Source: an uncultured archaeon (GTDB lineage Archaea; Asgardarchaeota; Lokiarchaeia; Sigyniarchaeales; SOKP01). From it: a stretch of DNA of 64,000 bases. The stretch lies in assembly GCA_964508365.1 (NCBI GenBank), contig CAZDTP010000001.1:99700-163699 (forward strand), written 5' to 3'. This document shows, in pieces, positions 9,930-23,550 of the stretch. Below the pieces are notes generated by a model that worked only from the letters and a program-made list of their open reading frames with translations, did no database searches and was not told the origin of the DNA. Position 1 is the stretch's first letter. Each line of letters opens with the position of its first letter. The position numbers and the translations under genes were made by a program.

Positions 9930-12617
9930 ATGATAAAACCTCCATTTGATTTAAAATGCGAATATCTCGTTAGTCCCATTTGTATTGATGTACGAAAACC
10001 ACGATTTTCTTGGAAATTAGCCCATGAACAAAGAAACCAAAATCAGTCGGCTTACCAAATAATTGTCTCCTCTAATAGTTTTTTCTCTGAAGAAAAAAAA
10101 GGAGATATTTGGGACAGTGGAAAAGTGGAAACGGATTCAAATGTAAATGTATCTTATAATGGGGTGCCTTTAGAAAGCGATAAAAGATATTATTGGCGAG
10201 TAAAATGGTGGGATAACAATGATAAAGAGAGCGAATATTGTGATATTCAACAATTTGAAACTGCCTTGTTTGAAGAATCTGATTGGAAAGGCCAATGGAT
10301 TAGTAGAGAAGAATTCATCAATAAATCGAATCGAAAGAAATGGCAATATAAATCCGGGGGAAGGAATTTAGCAGGACGAATTAAAGAAGTACATGCACTT
10401 TATTTAAGAAAGGAATTTTCTACTTTAAAACAAATTAAATCTGCGAAAGTATACATTTGTGGTTTAGGTTATTATGAATTACACATAAATGGAAAAAAAA
10501 TTGGAGATCGAATTCTTGAACCGGCACAAACTGATTATAATAAATTAGCTTTGTATTCAACTTATGATGTATCAGAACTTTTACAAGAAGAGAACGCTAT
10601 AGGTGTTATTTTAGGAAATGGTCGGTGTGTTGAACTATTTGGTTATGATTTTCCCAAATTAATACTGCAAGTAAACATTCATTACACTGATGGTAATAAG
10701 GAAATCATTAGTACAGATGATTCATGGAAAATATCTATTGGACCTATTAAAGAGAATGGAATTTATTTTGGTGAAATTTATGATGCCAGACTTGAGATGC
10801 CAGGATGGAATAAATCTAAATTTGATGATAAGGAATGGAAAAATGCAGCTATGGTAGATGGACATAATTTATCTTCACAGATGATGCAACCTATCCAAAT
10901 TACTAAGAGTATAGAACCTCGAGAGATTTATAGTCCTAAACCGGGTATGTATATCATTGACTTTAAACAGAACTTTACTGGTTTTGTGAAATTGAAAACT
11001 AGTGGTCCTCGCGGTTCAGAAGTAAAATTAAGATTTTCTGAAATATTGTTTAAAGATGGTACTCTCAATACTGCTACAAATGGAAATGCACCAGTAACTG
11101 ATGTATATATCTTAAAAGGAGAGGGAGAGGAATGTTATATACCACATTTTACATATCATGGGTTTCGATATGTCGAGATCACGGGTTTTCCGGGAGTTCC
11201 ATCTTTGAATAATTTCGAGGGATTATTCTTTCATTCGAATGTTCCAAAAGTGGGGGATTTTTACTGTTCTAACACCCTTATTAATCAAATACATTCAAAT
11301 ATTATATGGGGTCAATTAAGTAACTTAATGAGTATTCCTACTGATTGTCCTCAAAGGGATGAGCGCCAGGGATGGATGGGGGATGCTCAACTCGCTACAG
11401 AAGAAGCAATTTTAAACTTTGATATGGCTCGATTTTTCACTAAATATTTAAGAGATATTAGAGAATGTCAAAAGGAAGACGGAAGTATTTCCGATGTTGT
11501 TCCGCCTTACTGGAAATTATACCCTGCAGATCCTGCATGGGGGAGCGCTTACATAACAATTGCATGGTACTTATATTGGTATTATAACGATTTTCGTGTT
11601 CTTGAAGAAAATTATGAAGGAATGAAGAATTATATCGAATTTCTTGTCTCAAAATCTGAAGATAACCTGTTTCTAATGGGAAAATTTGGTGATTGGTGTC
11701 CACCATGTTCTATAGTATCAAGAAAAACGCCATTAGAATTCACTTCTTCTTGGTATTTTTATCATGATGTTTTTTACTTCTCAAAAATTGCAGAAATACT
11801 TGGAAAAAACGAAGAAAAAGTATTTTTTAAAAATAAATCTGAGGAGATTAAAACCGCCTTCAATAAAAAATTTCTCAAGGTTTATTATGAAACAACAAAA
11901 CTCTCTCCAGTAGATCGATCAGTGAGCCAAACATCGAATGTTTTACCTCTCTTTTTAAACATGGTTCCTGATAAAAAGAAAAAGAAAGTAATATCGACTT
12001 TAATTAACGCCATTATAGAAGATCACGATTACCATCTAGATACTGGAATCGTAGGAACGAGGTATCTATTTGATGTTTTATCTGATAATGATTATCCAGA
12101 AGTAGCATACAAGATGATAACTCAAGAAAGTTTTCCAAGTTATGGATATATGATTAAAGAGGGAGCTACCACATTATGGGAACGCTGGGAAAAACTAGAA
12201 GGAGGCGGAATGAATTCACATAATCATATTATGCTCGGTTCAGTCGATACTTGGTTTTATAAAACTCTAACTGGAATTAGATGTGAATCTCCAGGTTGGG
12301 GATCAATAAAAATTAAGCCTTTTATCCCTGATGATATGTATTATGCACGATCAACAATAAAAACTTGTAGGGGTATTCTTTCTTGTTCCTGGGAAAAGTT
12401 AAGTAATTCTTTAAAAGTATCTTTAACCATTCCAGTAGGGATGAGAGCTGAATCTTGGATACCAATTAATAATTCAAGCAAACAAGTCAAAGAAAATGCT
12501 AAAATTATTTGGAAGGAAGGTAAAGTATTGAGTGAAGACATTATACTATCGAATCAAAATGAAAATTGCTTAGTTTTTACCCTTGGTTCTGGTTTTTATA
12601 CCTTTGAAATAGAGTAA
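9930..12617 (+). CDS. Alpha-L-rhamnosidase (GH78)
   Basis: PTDCPQRDERQGWMGD, GATTLWERW and SHNHIMLG motifs; typical length. Confidence 0.93.
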   Translation: MIKPPFDLKCEYLVSPICIDVRKPRFSWKLAHEQRNQNQSAYQIIVSSNSFFSEEKKGDIWDSGKVETDSNVNVSYNGVPLESDKRYYWRVKWWDNNDKESEYCDIQQFETALFEESDWKGQWISREEFINKSNRKKWQYKSGGRNLAGRIKEVHALYLRKEFSTLKQIKSAKVYICGLGYYELHINGKKIGDRILEPAQTDYNKLALYSTYDVSELLQEENAIGVILGNGRCVELFGYDFPKLILQVNIHYTDGNKEIISTDDSWKISIGPIKENGIYFGEIYDARLEMPGWNKSKFDDKEWKNAAMVDGHNLSSQMMQPIQITKSIEPREIYSPKPGMYIIDFKQNFTGFVKLKTSGPRGSEVKLRFSEILFKDGTLNTATNGNAPVTDVYILKGEGEECYIPHFTYHGFRYVEITGFPGVPSLNNFEGLFFHSNVPKVGDFYCSNTLINQIHSNIIWGQLSNLMSIPTDCPQRDERQGWMGDAQLATEEAILNFDMARFFTKYLRDIRECQKEDGSISDVVPPYWKLYPADPAWGSAYITIAWYLYWYYNDFRVLEENYEGMKNYIEFLVSKSEDNLFLMGKFGDWCPPCSIVSRKTPLEFTSSWYFYHDVFYFSKIAEILGKNEEKVFFKNKSEEIKTAFNKKFLKVYYETTKLSPVDRSVSQTSNVLPLFLNMVPDKKKKKVISTLINAIIEDHDYHLDTGIVGTRYLFDVLSDNDYPEVAYKMITQESFPSYGYMIKEGATTLWERWEKLEGGGMNSHNHIMLGSVDTWFYKTLTGIRCESPGWGSIKIKPFIPDDMYYARSTIKTCRGILSCSWEKLSNSLKVSLTIPVGMRAESWIPINNSSKQVKENAKIIWKEGKVLSEDIILSNQNENCLVFTLGSGFYTFEIE

Positions 12618-12833
12618 GCTTTTTTCTTCATATTATTTTGTTCTATTCTTTACAAGCAATGTTACTTGGATTTAGCTTTAGCTTTAATAGTCCCTATTTT
12701 AACCATTTCTTAGCAAAAATTAACGATAGTATTAATCAATTTTGGAAATTTTTAAAGCTGATGAATTAACTTTATATATTTCAACTAATCTATCTTTATT
12801 CACATTAAAATTTAGAAAAAAGGATGGAATTTT

Positions 12834-14195
12834 ATGGAAAGTCAAAATAAAAAACAACTTAGTTCAAGAAATTTATGGGGCTATGCTTTAGGAGCCATTC
12901 CTAATGGACTACTAGTATTTATATTTGGATTAAAATATATTGAGCTCTTTTTCGACAAACTACAATTAAACCCAACTCTTTTTGTTATCGGACAAGTAAT
13001 ATATTTAGTAGTAAATGCTTTGAATGACCCTTTACTCGGTCAGATGTCAGATCGAACAAATCCTAAAAAATGGGGGAGTAGAAGGACTATTTACATCAAA
13101 TATGGTGCTCCCATTTGGGCGTTAACATTTATGATCGTCTGGTTTCCTTGGAGTTTCGACAATCAAATAATAATATTTATTCACTTTATTATAAGCGTTT
13201 GTTTATTTGATACTTTTTTTACATTGGTTGTTCTAGTATGGATGGCATTAATGCCCGAAATGACATCTGATTTGGACGAAAGGAATAAAGCAAATTTACT
13301 TGCCACTATAGTTGGTGCTGTCTTTGTAATTCCAATGTTCATAATTGTAGGAGTTATGGATCCAACTTCATCGGAATTTATATTCTTAATGCTTATTGTT
13401 GCTATTGTATCTACAATCTTATTGATCATCACTGCTTCTCTATGCCAAGAAAAACCCGAATTTCAAAAAGATGAGGGTCTTCCATTAATTAAAGCAGTAA
13501 AAGAAACTCTAAGGCTAAAGTCATTCTTAACTTATATGGGTTATATCTTCTGCGATGCATTTCTCGGTTCGATTGGTTTAAGTTATCTTTTTGTTTATTT
13601 ATTGGTTTTAGGTGAAGGTGGGCTATTATACTATTTTGCGATTTTTTTCTTTATTGGATACGGTTCTAACATTCTTTGCATGAAATTAAGACCAAAGTGG
13701 GGGATGCGTAAGATATTACTAAGGTTTGGAGTCTTGAAAGTCATATTTACTTTCATCTTATTTGCACTCGTAGTCTTTACAGACGCTCCTATAATAGTGG
13801 TGTTTGGCCTAGCAATACGAACATTTCTGGGAGGGTATACTGTATTTAATACACCAATATTATACCTATCTATAGATGAGGATGAGTTGAGAAATGGATC
13901 AAGAAGAGAGGGCATGTTCATAGGTATGGATGCTTTAATCCATAAACCTTCTCAAAGTATTGGTCCAATCGTCGCAACGTTTATCCTTGGTATTTTTGGA
14001 TACATACAAAATTCTGATCTACAAACAGATTCTGCATTGCTTGGTATTAAAATACTAATGTTTTTGGTTCCCGCAATAGTAAGTGCCATTGGTCTAATTT
14101 TTATGTTCTTCTATCCGATACATGGAGAGAAGTTAGACCAATTGAGAGAAAAACTCCAAAGCCTCCATACGGAAAAACGAGAAAGACTTGAATAA
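12834..14195 (+). CDS. MFS glycoside-pentoside-hexuronide (GPH) sugar symporter
   Basis: About 12 hydrophobic segments, NALNDPLLGQMSDRT (loop 2-3) and DEDELRNGSRREG motifs. Confidence 0.88.
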   Translation: MESQNKKQLSSRNLWGYALGAIPNGLLVFIFGLKYIELFFDKLQLNPTLFVIGQVIYLVVNALNDPLLGQMSDRTNPKKWGSRRTIYIKYGAPIWALTFMIVWFPWSFDNQIIIFIHFIISVCLFDTFFTLVVLVWMALMPEMTSDLDERNKANLLATIVGAVFVIPMFIIVGVMDPTSSEFIFLMLIVAIVSTILLIITASLCQEKPEFQKDEGLPLIKAVKETLRLKSFLTYMGYIFCDAFLGSIGLSYLFVYLLVLGEGGLLYYFAIFFFIGYGSNILCMKLRPKWGMRKILLRFGVLKVIFTFILFALVVFTDAPIIVVFGLAIRTFLGGYTVFNTPILYLSIDEDELRNGSRREGMFIGMDALIHKPSQSIGPIVATFILGIFGYIQNSDLQTDSALLGIKILMFLVPAIVSAIGLIFMFFYPIHGEKLDQLREKLQSLHTEKRERLE

Positions 14196-14253
14196 ATTAA
14201 CAAATATCTTTTTTTTTATACTTAGAATTAAATTTAAGCTTATTCGATTAAAC

Positions 14254-15753
14254 TCACCTTGTAAATTTTAAAAATTCTTCATATCCATTCATCCAACTCT
14301 CTACATCTTCAGGATAATAATCTATAATTGTAAACGATTGTATCACAATATTTCTTAGTTCATCAAGACGGTTTATTAGTCCTACTGCCTTTGCTTGCAT
14401 CAAAATATTACCAATAGCGGTGGCCTCGACTGGTCCTGCTTTAATAGGAATATTTAGAGAATTAGCTGTAAATTGATTCAGTAGATGGTTAGTAGATCCT
14501 CCACCAATTATAAATAAAATTTCAACTTTTTTATCTGTAATTTTTTCCATTAATTCAATTACTTGTTTATATCTAAATGCAAGACCTTCGAAAATTACCC
14601 TTGAAATATCACCTATTGTATTTGGTGGAATTTGATTACTCTTTTCACAATAATCATGTATCGCTTTGATCATGTCTGGAGGATTATGGAAGAGAGCATC
14701 GTCAGGATTTATGAAACATTGAAACGGTTTAGCTCCCTCAGCACTAGATATAATATGCTCCCAATTATGATATAAACCTTGGTTCTCCCATTCTTTTTTA
14801 CATTCTTGAATAATCCACAATCCAGTTACATTTTTTAAAAATCTAATAGTATTTTCAACTCCACCCTCGTTCGTAAAGTTAAACTCAAGTGATTTAGCGT
14901 TTATTATGGGTTTATTTAATTCTATCCCTATAAGGCTCCATGTCCCAGAACTAAGATATGCCCATTCTCCTCTCCTATACTTTCTCATATCAACAGGGAC
15001 TGCTGTTATTGCAGAACCTGTGTCATGACAAGCAGGAGCGATAATGTTTGTATCTTTTTTTAACCCGACTTCTTGGGCAATATCCTCTTTTAGTTTTCCT
15101 AATACTGTTCCGGAGGGGATAATCTTTTGAAATAATTTAAGTTCTAATCCTAACTTTTCAATTAACTTTTGAGACCAATCTAAAGTCTTTGGATTGAATA
15201 ATTGAGTTGTTGTAGCAATTGAGTACTCTGAACACTTTTTGCCGCATAATAAATAATTTAAATAATCGGGTATCATTAGAAATGTTTCAGATATGGTTAA
15301 TTGTGAAGAATTGTTATGGATAAGAGAATATAACTGTGTAGAACTATTGAGCTCCATAAATTGTATACCTGTCTCATTAAATATCTCCTCTTTAGACACC
15401 TTCTCAAACATAAATTTAAGCATTCCTTTAGTTCTCGAATCTCTATAATGATGGCTTGGACCAACAGGTTCGTTGTATTTATCCAACAAGATAAAATCTA
15501 CACCCCATGTATCTATGCCTATACCATCGACGTGGTTTCCATATTTGGATACATACTTTTTGAGCCCATTTGATATTTCAGTATAGATACCGAAAATGTC
15601 CCAAAGAAAGGAGTCACCTTTTCTAATCCCGCTATTAGGAAACCGATAAATTTCATCTAAAGCAAGTTTGTTATCATTTAGTGTCCCTACAATAGCTCTT
15701 CCTGAACTGGCTCCAATATCAAACCCTAAAAGTCGCTTCAAAATGTGTTCCAC
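14254..15753 (-). CDS. rhaB: Rhamnulokinase (FGGY family)
   Basis: FDIGASSGR, GIDTWGVDF, HDTGSA, SSGTWSL, NEGG and GGGS motifs. Confidence 0.9.
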   Translation of the reverse strand: MEHILKRLLGFDIGASSGRAIVGTLNDNKLALDEIYRFPNSGIRKGDSFLWDIFGIYTEISNGLKKYVSKYGNHVDGIGIDTWGVDFILLDKYNEPVGPSHHYRDSRTKGMLKFMFEKVSKEEIFNETGIQFMELNSSTQLYSLIHNNSSQLTISETFLMIPDYLNYLLCGKKCSEYSIATTTQLFNPKTLDWSQKLIEKLGLELKLFQKIIPSGTVLGKLKEDIAQEVGLKKDTNIIAPACHDTGSAITAVPVDMRKYRRGEWAYLSSGTWSLIGIELNKPIINAKSLEFNFTNEGGVENTIRFLKNVTGLWIIQECKKEWENQGLYHNWEHIISSAEGAKPFQCFINPDDALFHNPPDMIKAIHDYCEKSNQIPPNTIGDISRVIFEGLAFRYKQVIELMEKITDKKVEILFIIGGGSTNHLLNQFTANSLNIPIKAGPVEATAIGNILMQAKAVGLINRLDELRNIVIQSFTIIDYYPEDVESWMNGYEEFLKFTR

Positions 15754-15787
15754 CTTGAATAACTTTAAAGATGGCTTAATATAAAAA

Positions 15788-17113
15788 TTATTTAAAATTA
15801 GGTAAATATTTTTTTTGTACTTCCATCATCTCATCAAATATTGCTTCAGCCATACAAAAACTCCCACAATTAACATCCATAGCAAGGCAATCGATTGCAA
15901 GACTTTTAGATTCTTTTAATATAGCTTCAACACATAAATCTTGGATAGAAGCTTCTATACGTAAGATAGCTGCAATATTCTTAGGAATGTTCCCTAATTT
16001 AACTCCTTGAATGCCATCTTTATTTACTGTTCCGGAACATTCAATCACTAAATCTTGAGGGAGATTTTCAATAATCCCATCATTAGGAATGTTTACTGCT
16101 ATTTCGTACGAATTACTATCTTCTATAATTGCTTCGATAATGGGAATTGCTCTTTCACCAGAAGGGTCTCTAATAAGCATACTCTTTTCAGGATACTTAC
16201 CCCTCTTTAATCTCTTATAATACCACTTTAGTTGAAAATTTATAGCTTTCTTCCCCAGTTCCATTCTAGTAATCCAATCTGTTAAATCTTGTGCTGTTGT
16301 ATAATGGGAACCAAATTGTAAATACTCGCATATATGGTTATCACCTACATACGGAAACCAACCAAATCTTTTGTAGACCTCGAAGGTTAAACCTGCATAG
16401 TGGAATCGATCCCACTTGTCTTGAAAATAATTTTGACAGTTTGCATTAAAAACAGGCAGTAAATCATCTCGAGTGTTTACATCTTTTAACCCCATCAAAA
16501 ACGCAAAATGGTTAAGACCTCCAGTAATTACCTGAAAATCACTTCTTTCTTTATTTAGTATCTTTGATAAATGAGGAGGTGTAAGAAGACCAATTTGATG
16601 ACAGAGTCCAAACATTTTAAGATTAGGTAGTACTCTTTTTAAAGCTAAGCATATACGCGAAATAGGATTACTATAATTAATAAAAAATGCGTCAGGACTT
16701 ATTCTCGCAACATCCTTGGCAATCTTAATTATCGCAGGAATTTGGCGAGCGCTATGGAAAAAACCTCCAGGACCACCATTTTCGCCCATTCTTTCTGTTG
16801 ACCCATGTCTTCTAGGGATTGTGTTATCTTGCCAACGTAACTCAAATCGATCTCCATTTTCAGTAGAATTAATAACAAAATCTGCCCCTTTTAGAGCTTT
16901 TTCTCTATTTGATGTACATTCAATATTGAATTTATTACCCATTTTTTTATTATCTTCGGATAATACCTCATATACCATATGCAATTTTTCTGTATCTATG
17001 TCGACAAGCGTAATTGTAGAACCCGCTAACACTTTGCTTAAGTTCAAATCAACAAATGTTGGCGGTCCAAAGGCGGCACTACCAGCACCAATTAATACGA
17101 TTTTTTTATCCAT
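15788..17113 (-). CDS. NAD+/Mn2+-dependent glycoside hydrolase family 4 (alpha-galactosidase/alpha-glucosidase-like)
   Basis: IGAGSA Rossmann, GENGGPGGFF, NYSNP, GLCH and GLNHF motifs. Confidence 0.9.
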   Translation of the reverse strand: MDKKIVLIGAGSAAFGPPTFVDLNLSKVLAGSTITLVDIDTEKLHMVYEVLSEDNKKMGNKFNIECTSNREKALKGADFVINSTENGDRFELRWQDNTIPRRHGSTERMGENGGPGGFFHSARQIPAIIKIAKDVARISPDAFFINYSNPISRICLALKRVLPNLKMFGLCHQIGLLTPPHLSKILNKERSDFQVITGGLNHFAFLMGLKDVNTRDDLLPVFNANCQNYFQDKWDRFHYAGLTFEVYKRFGWFPYVGDNHICEYLQFGSHYTTAQDLTDWITRMELGKKAINFQLKWYYKRLKRGKYPEKSMLIRDPSGERAIPIIEAIIEDSNSYEIAVNIPNDGIIENLPQDLVIECSGTVNKDGIQGVKLGNIPKNIAAILRIEASIQDLCVEAILKESKSLAIDCLAMDVNCGSFCMAEAIFDEMMEVQKKYLPNFK

Positions 17114-17215
17114 AAATTATGAAATCTCTCGCAAAAATTAAACCCACTGAAATTATAATCTACAAATTTGTCAATTACACTTAACTATTAATAATTTTGT
17201 GAATTATCTAAAATT

Positions 17216-18352
17216 ATGGGAAAGCTATTAAATCTTGGGATGGTAGGTTTTGGTCTTCACTCAATTGGCCTTCTAGCAGAAATAGACAATCACCCATTAC
17301 TAAAGGGGCGAACAAAATTGGTTGCCGGTTTTGATCCAGATCCAAAAGCTATTGAAATGTTAAAAAAAATTGAGGGATTTAAAACGGCAGAAACTTTTGA
17401 GGACCTATTAGATACTAAAGAACTTGACGCAATTATTATATCTAGTCCGCCTCAGTATCATGCGGAACAGGCTGTTACTGCATTAGAATCTGATCTGCAT
17501 GTTTTTTCTGAGATACCAATGGCTATTCGCAAGGATGATATTAATAAGATTATTGACGCTGAGGACACTTCAGGTAAAGTATATCAACTTGGAGAGAATT
17601 ATTGCTTCTTTCCTGAAGTAATATATGCAGCTCACCTCGTATCGACTGGTAAAATTGGTGAACCCGTTTATGCAGAATCAGAATATCTTCATGATGTTAC
17701 CTATCGATGGAGAGACCGGGGTTTTGGAGATGTCGATACTCCTCGTGTTGACTCTTGGTATCAATTATTTGATCCAATGATGTATGCCCACTCGATTGGT
17801 CCCGCTCAGGTTGCACTGGGAGGACTTAAGAATCCAATGCCTTTTATTGAAGTCACGAGCTTCGCTAATGATATTGGAGGGTATCAAGGAGATCCGATAT
17901 GCAAACCTGCAAAAGCTTTCCAAGTTGCGCTATTTCGAACTGAAACTAGTGCTATCGCTAAATGCGCTAACGCTTATGTTTTTGCTCGAGAACCTTCCAG
18001 AATTTCAATTCAAGTAGTGGGTCGTACTGGTACCTATGAATGTTATCAAATTGGTAAACCCGGGCGGTTATTTATAACTGATGGGCACAAAATTAATAAG
18101 GCTCAACGTAGGAAAGGAGAAACTAGAAAAATTGATCAGGAGTCTTTATCTAGCGTAGTTCCCCAAGTAGAAGGATTATATTATGGTGCTAATGCCCGTA
18201 TTCTAGAAGACTGGTTACAAGCAATAAAACAAGGAAAAAATGCATCAATACACGCTAGAATAGCGGCTAACTTCTGCTTGTCTGGGATTCAAGCCTCTCA
18301 ATCTGCACACGATGGAGGAAAACCAAAAGAAATAAAAAAATTTACAAATTGA
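17216..18352 (+). CDS. Gfo/Idh/MocA-family NAD-binding oxidoreductase, GH109-like
   Basis: Rossmann start, HVFSEIP, GENYCF, ESEYLHD and YAHSIGP motifs. Confidence 0.75.
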   Translation: MGKLLNLGMVGFGLHSIGLLAEIDNHPLLKGRTKLVAGFDPDPKAIEMLKKIEGFKTAETFEDLLDTKELDAIIISSPPQYHAEQAVTALESDLHVFSEIPMAIRKDDINKIIDAEDTSGKVYQLGENYCFFPEVIYAAHLVSTGKIGEPVYAESEYLHDVTYRWRDRGFGDVDTPRVDSWYQLFDPMMYAHSIGPAQVALGGLKNPMPFIEVTSFANDIGGYQGDPICKPAKAFQVALFRTETSAIAKCANAYVFAREPSRISIQVVGRTGTYECYQIGKPGRLFITDGHKINKAQRRKGETRKIDQESLSSVVPQVEGLYYGANARILEDWLQAIKQGKNASIHARIAANFCLSGIQASQSAHDGGKPKEIKKFTN

Positions 18353-18363
18353 AGAAATACGCT

Positions 18364-21543
<3,180 letters not shown>

Positions 21544-21662
21544 CTAGTTAAAATTATCTTCTATTAAAACTATTTAAGGATGAGGCCGAAATTTAACATT
21601 TCATAATTTTTTATACAATTTTTTAATTAAGATTATTTAATGAAGAGAAGATAATATGAATT

Positions 21663-23126
21663 ATGAGAATAATATATTTTGATATTGATACTCTTAGACC
21701 TGACCATCTAGGATGTTACGGGTATCATCGCAGTACTTCACCCAATATAGATGAGATTGCAAAAGAGGGTTCAATTTTTACAAATTGTTATGCATCTGAT
21801 GCACCCTGTTTACCATCTAGAGCTTCCTTTTTTACTGGAAGATTTGGTATCCATACGGGAATTGTTGGTCATGGCGGTACCGCTGCAGATATGAGGTTAA
21901 CTGGTAAAGAGCGAGGTTTCGATGATGATTATTTAAGAAATAACTTGATTGGAACATTAAGAAGCGCAAAGTATTACACTGTATCAATATCACCTTTTGC
22001 TGAAAGACATTCAGCATTTTGGTTTTGTTCTGGTTGGAACGAGATGTACAACCCTGGTAAAAGAGGACACGAAATGGCTGACGATGTTTTTCCCTACGCA
22101 AAAAAATGGTTGGAAGATAACGGGAGAAAAGATAACTGGTTTTTACATTTAAATTTGTGGGATCCTCACACGCCATACCGCACACCTTTAACATTTGAAC
22201 CCTCGTTTGAAAACGATCCCCCTCCTTCTTGGATAACAGAAGATATTATTAAAAAACATCGAAATAGCTACGGACCTCGCTCAGCACGCGATATTGGAGG
22301 TTTTGATAGGTTAAAACTCACACAATTCTATAAAAGAATTCAAGATATAAGGGAAATAGAAAATGTTAATGATTTTACTAAATGGATTAATGCCTATGAT
22401 GTTGGAATCAGATATGCTGACGAATTTGTGGGTAGAGTCATTGAAATAATTAAAAATTTAGGGGTATATGAAGACACTCTTATAATTGTTAGTTCTGATC
22501 ACGGTGAAAGCCAAGGTGAGCTGAATGTGTATGGAGATCACGCCACATGTTGCCACATTGTTAATCGAATTCCGATGATAATAAAATGGCCACATAAAGC
22601 ATGGAAGAAAAAGTACAAATCATTTCTTTATGCTACTGATATAGCAGCTACTATTATTGAAGGAGTTGGAAAAAAAGTGCCCGACTTTTGGGATGGGAAA
22701 AGTATCTACAAAGAAATTGAAACTGGACAAGATTTTGGAAGAGATTACTTAGTTGTTAGTCAAAATGCTTGGAGTTGTCAGCGTGCAGTAAGGTTTGAAA
22801 ATTGGATATTGATTCGGACTTATCATACAGGATTAAAAAATTTTCCTGAGATCATGCTATATGATTTCGAAAACGATTTTCATATGACTAAAAATCTTGT
22901 AGAGGAGAAACCAGACATTGTTGGAAAAGGTTTACAACTTCTTGATGAATGGTATAAGAAGATGATGAAAACATCTCCATCACCAAAAGATCCAATGTGG
23001 ACCGTAATAGAGGAAGGTGGACCTCATCACACAAGAAAAATGTTGAATACTTATCTTAGAAGATTAAAGCGATCTGGAAGAGAAGAACTTATTAAAGTTA
23101 TTCAAGGAAGAAGGGAATCTGATTGA
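21663..23126 (+). CDS. Cys-type formylglycine-dependent sulfatase
   Basis: DIDTLRPDHLG, CLPSR (C-x-P-S-R), DPHTPY and SDHGE motifs. Confidence 0.9.
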   Translation: MRIIYFDIDTLRPDHLGCYGYHRSTSPNIDEIAKEGSIFTNCYASDAPCLPSRASFFTGRFGIHTGIVGHGGTAADMRLTGKERGFDDDYLRNNLIGTLRSAKYYTVSISPFAERHSAFWFCSGWNEMYNPGKRGHEMADDVFPYAKKWLEDNGRKDNWFLHLNLWDPHTPYRTPLTFEPSFENDPPPSWITEDIIKKHRNSYGPRSARDIGGFDRLKLTQFYKRIQDIREIENVNDFTKWINAYDVGIRYADEFVGRVIEIIKNLGVYEDTLIIVSSDHGESQGELNVYGDHATCCHIVNRIPMIIKWPHKAWKKKYKSFLYATDIAATIIEGVGKKVPDFWDGKSIYKEIETGQDFGRDYLVVSQNAWSCQRAVRFENWILIRTYHTGLKNFPEIMLYDFENDFHMTKNLVEEKPDIVGKGLQLLDEWYKKMMKTSPSPKDPMWTVIEEGGPHHTRKMLNTYLRRLKRSGREELIKVIQGRRESD

Positions 23127-23159
23127 TTAGTGTTATTATAAATATAATGGTGATTAACT

Positions 23160-23492
23160 ATACCGAGTGATTTTACTCAAGATGTAATTAAAATAATAAA
23201 AAATATTCCCGTGGGAAAAGTATTCACTTATGGTAAAATTGCAAAATTAGCCGGAAATCCAAGAGCTGCTAGACAGGTTTCATGGCTGTTACATTCTTCA
23301 ACAAAAAAATATAATTTACCGTGGCATCGCGTCATTAATTCACAAGGAAAAATTGCATTGAAATCCCAAGACGGCAAAGATTATCAAAAAATATTACTTG
23401 AAAAAGAAGGTATTGAATTTGCTGAAAATAATAAAATCGATCTTAAAAAATATTTATGGGAAATTGATTCCATTGTAAATATTAAATGGTAA
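23160..23492 (+). CDS. atl: Alkyltransferase-like protein (ATL; Trp replaces catalytic Cys)
   Basis: TYGKIA, AARQV and PWHRV motifs; homology extends upstream of GTG 23211 to an in-frame ATA at 23160 (stop at 23151). Confidence 0.85.
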   Translation: MPSDFTQDVIKIIKNIPVGKVFTYGKIAKLAGNPRAARQVSWLLHSSTKKYNLPWHRVINSQGKIALKSQDGKDYQKILLEKEGIEFAENNKIDLKKYLWEIDSIVNIKW

Positions 23493-23550
23493 TATCAATT
23501 TATAAAAAATTAAAAAAAAATTATTAAGACAAGAGTCTTTTAATGATATT

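Noticed and set aside
14254-15753. Fuculokinase/xylulokinase alternative for the FGGY kinase
   Set aside because: The motif set and the presence of rhaA and GH78 favour rhamnulokinase; dual specificity is not excluded
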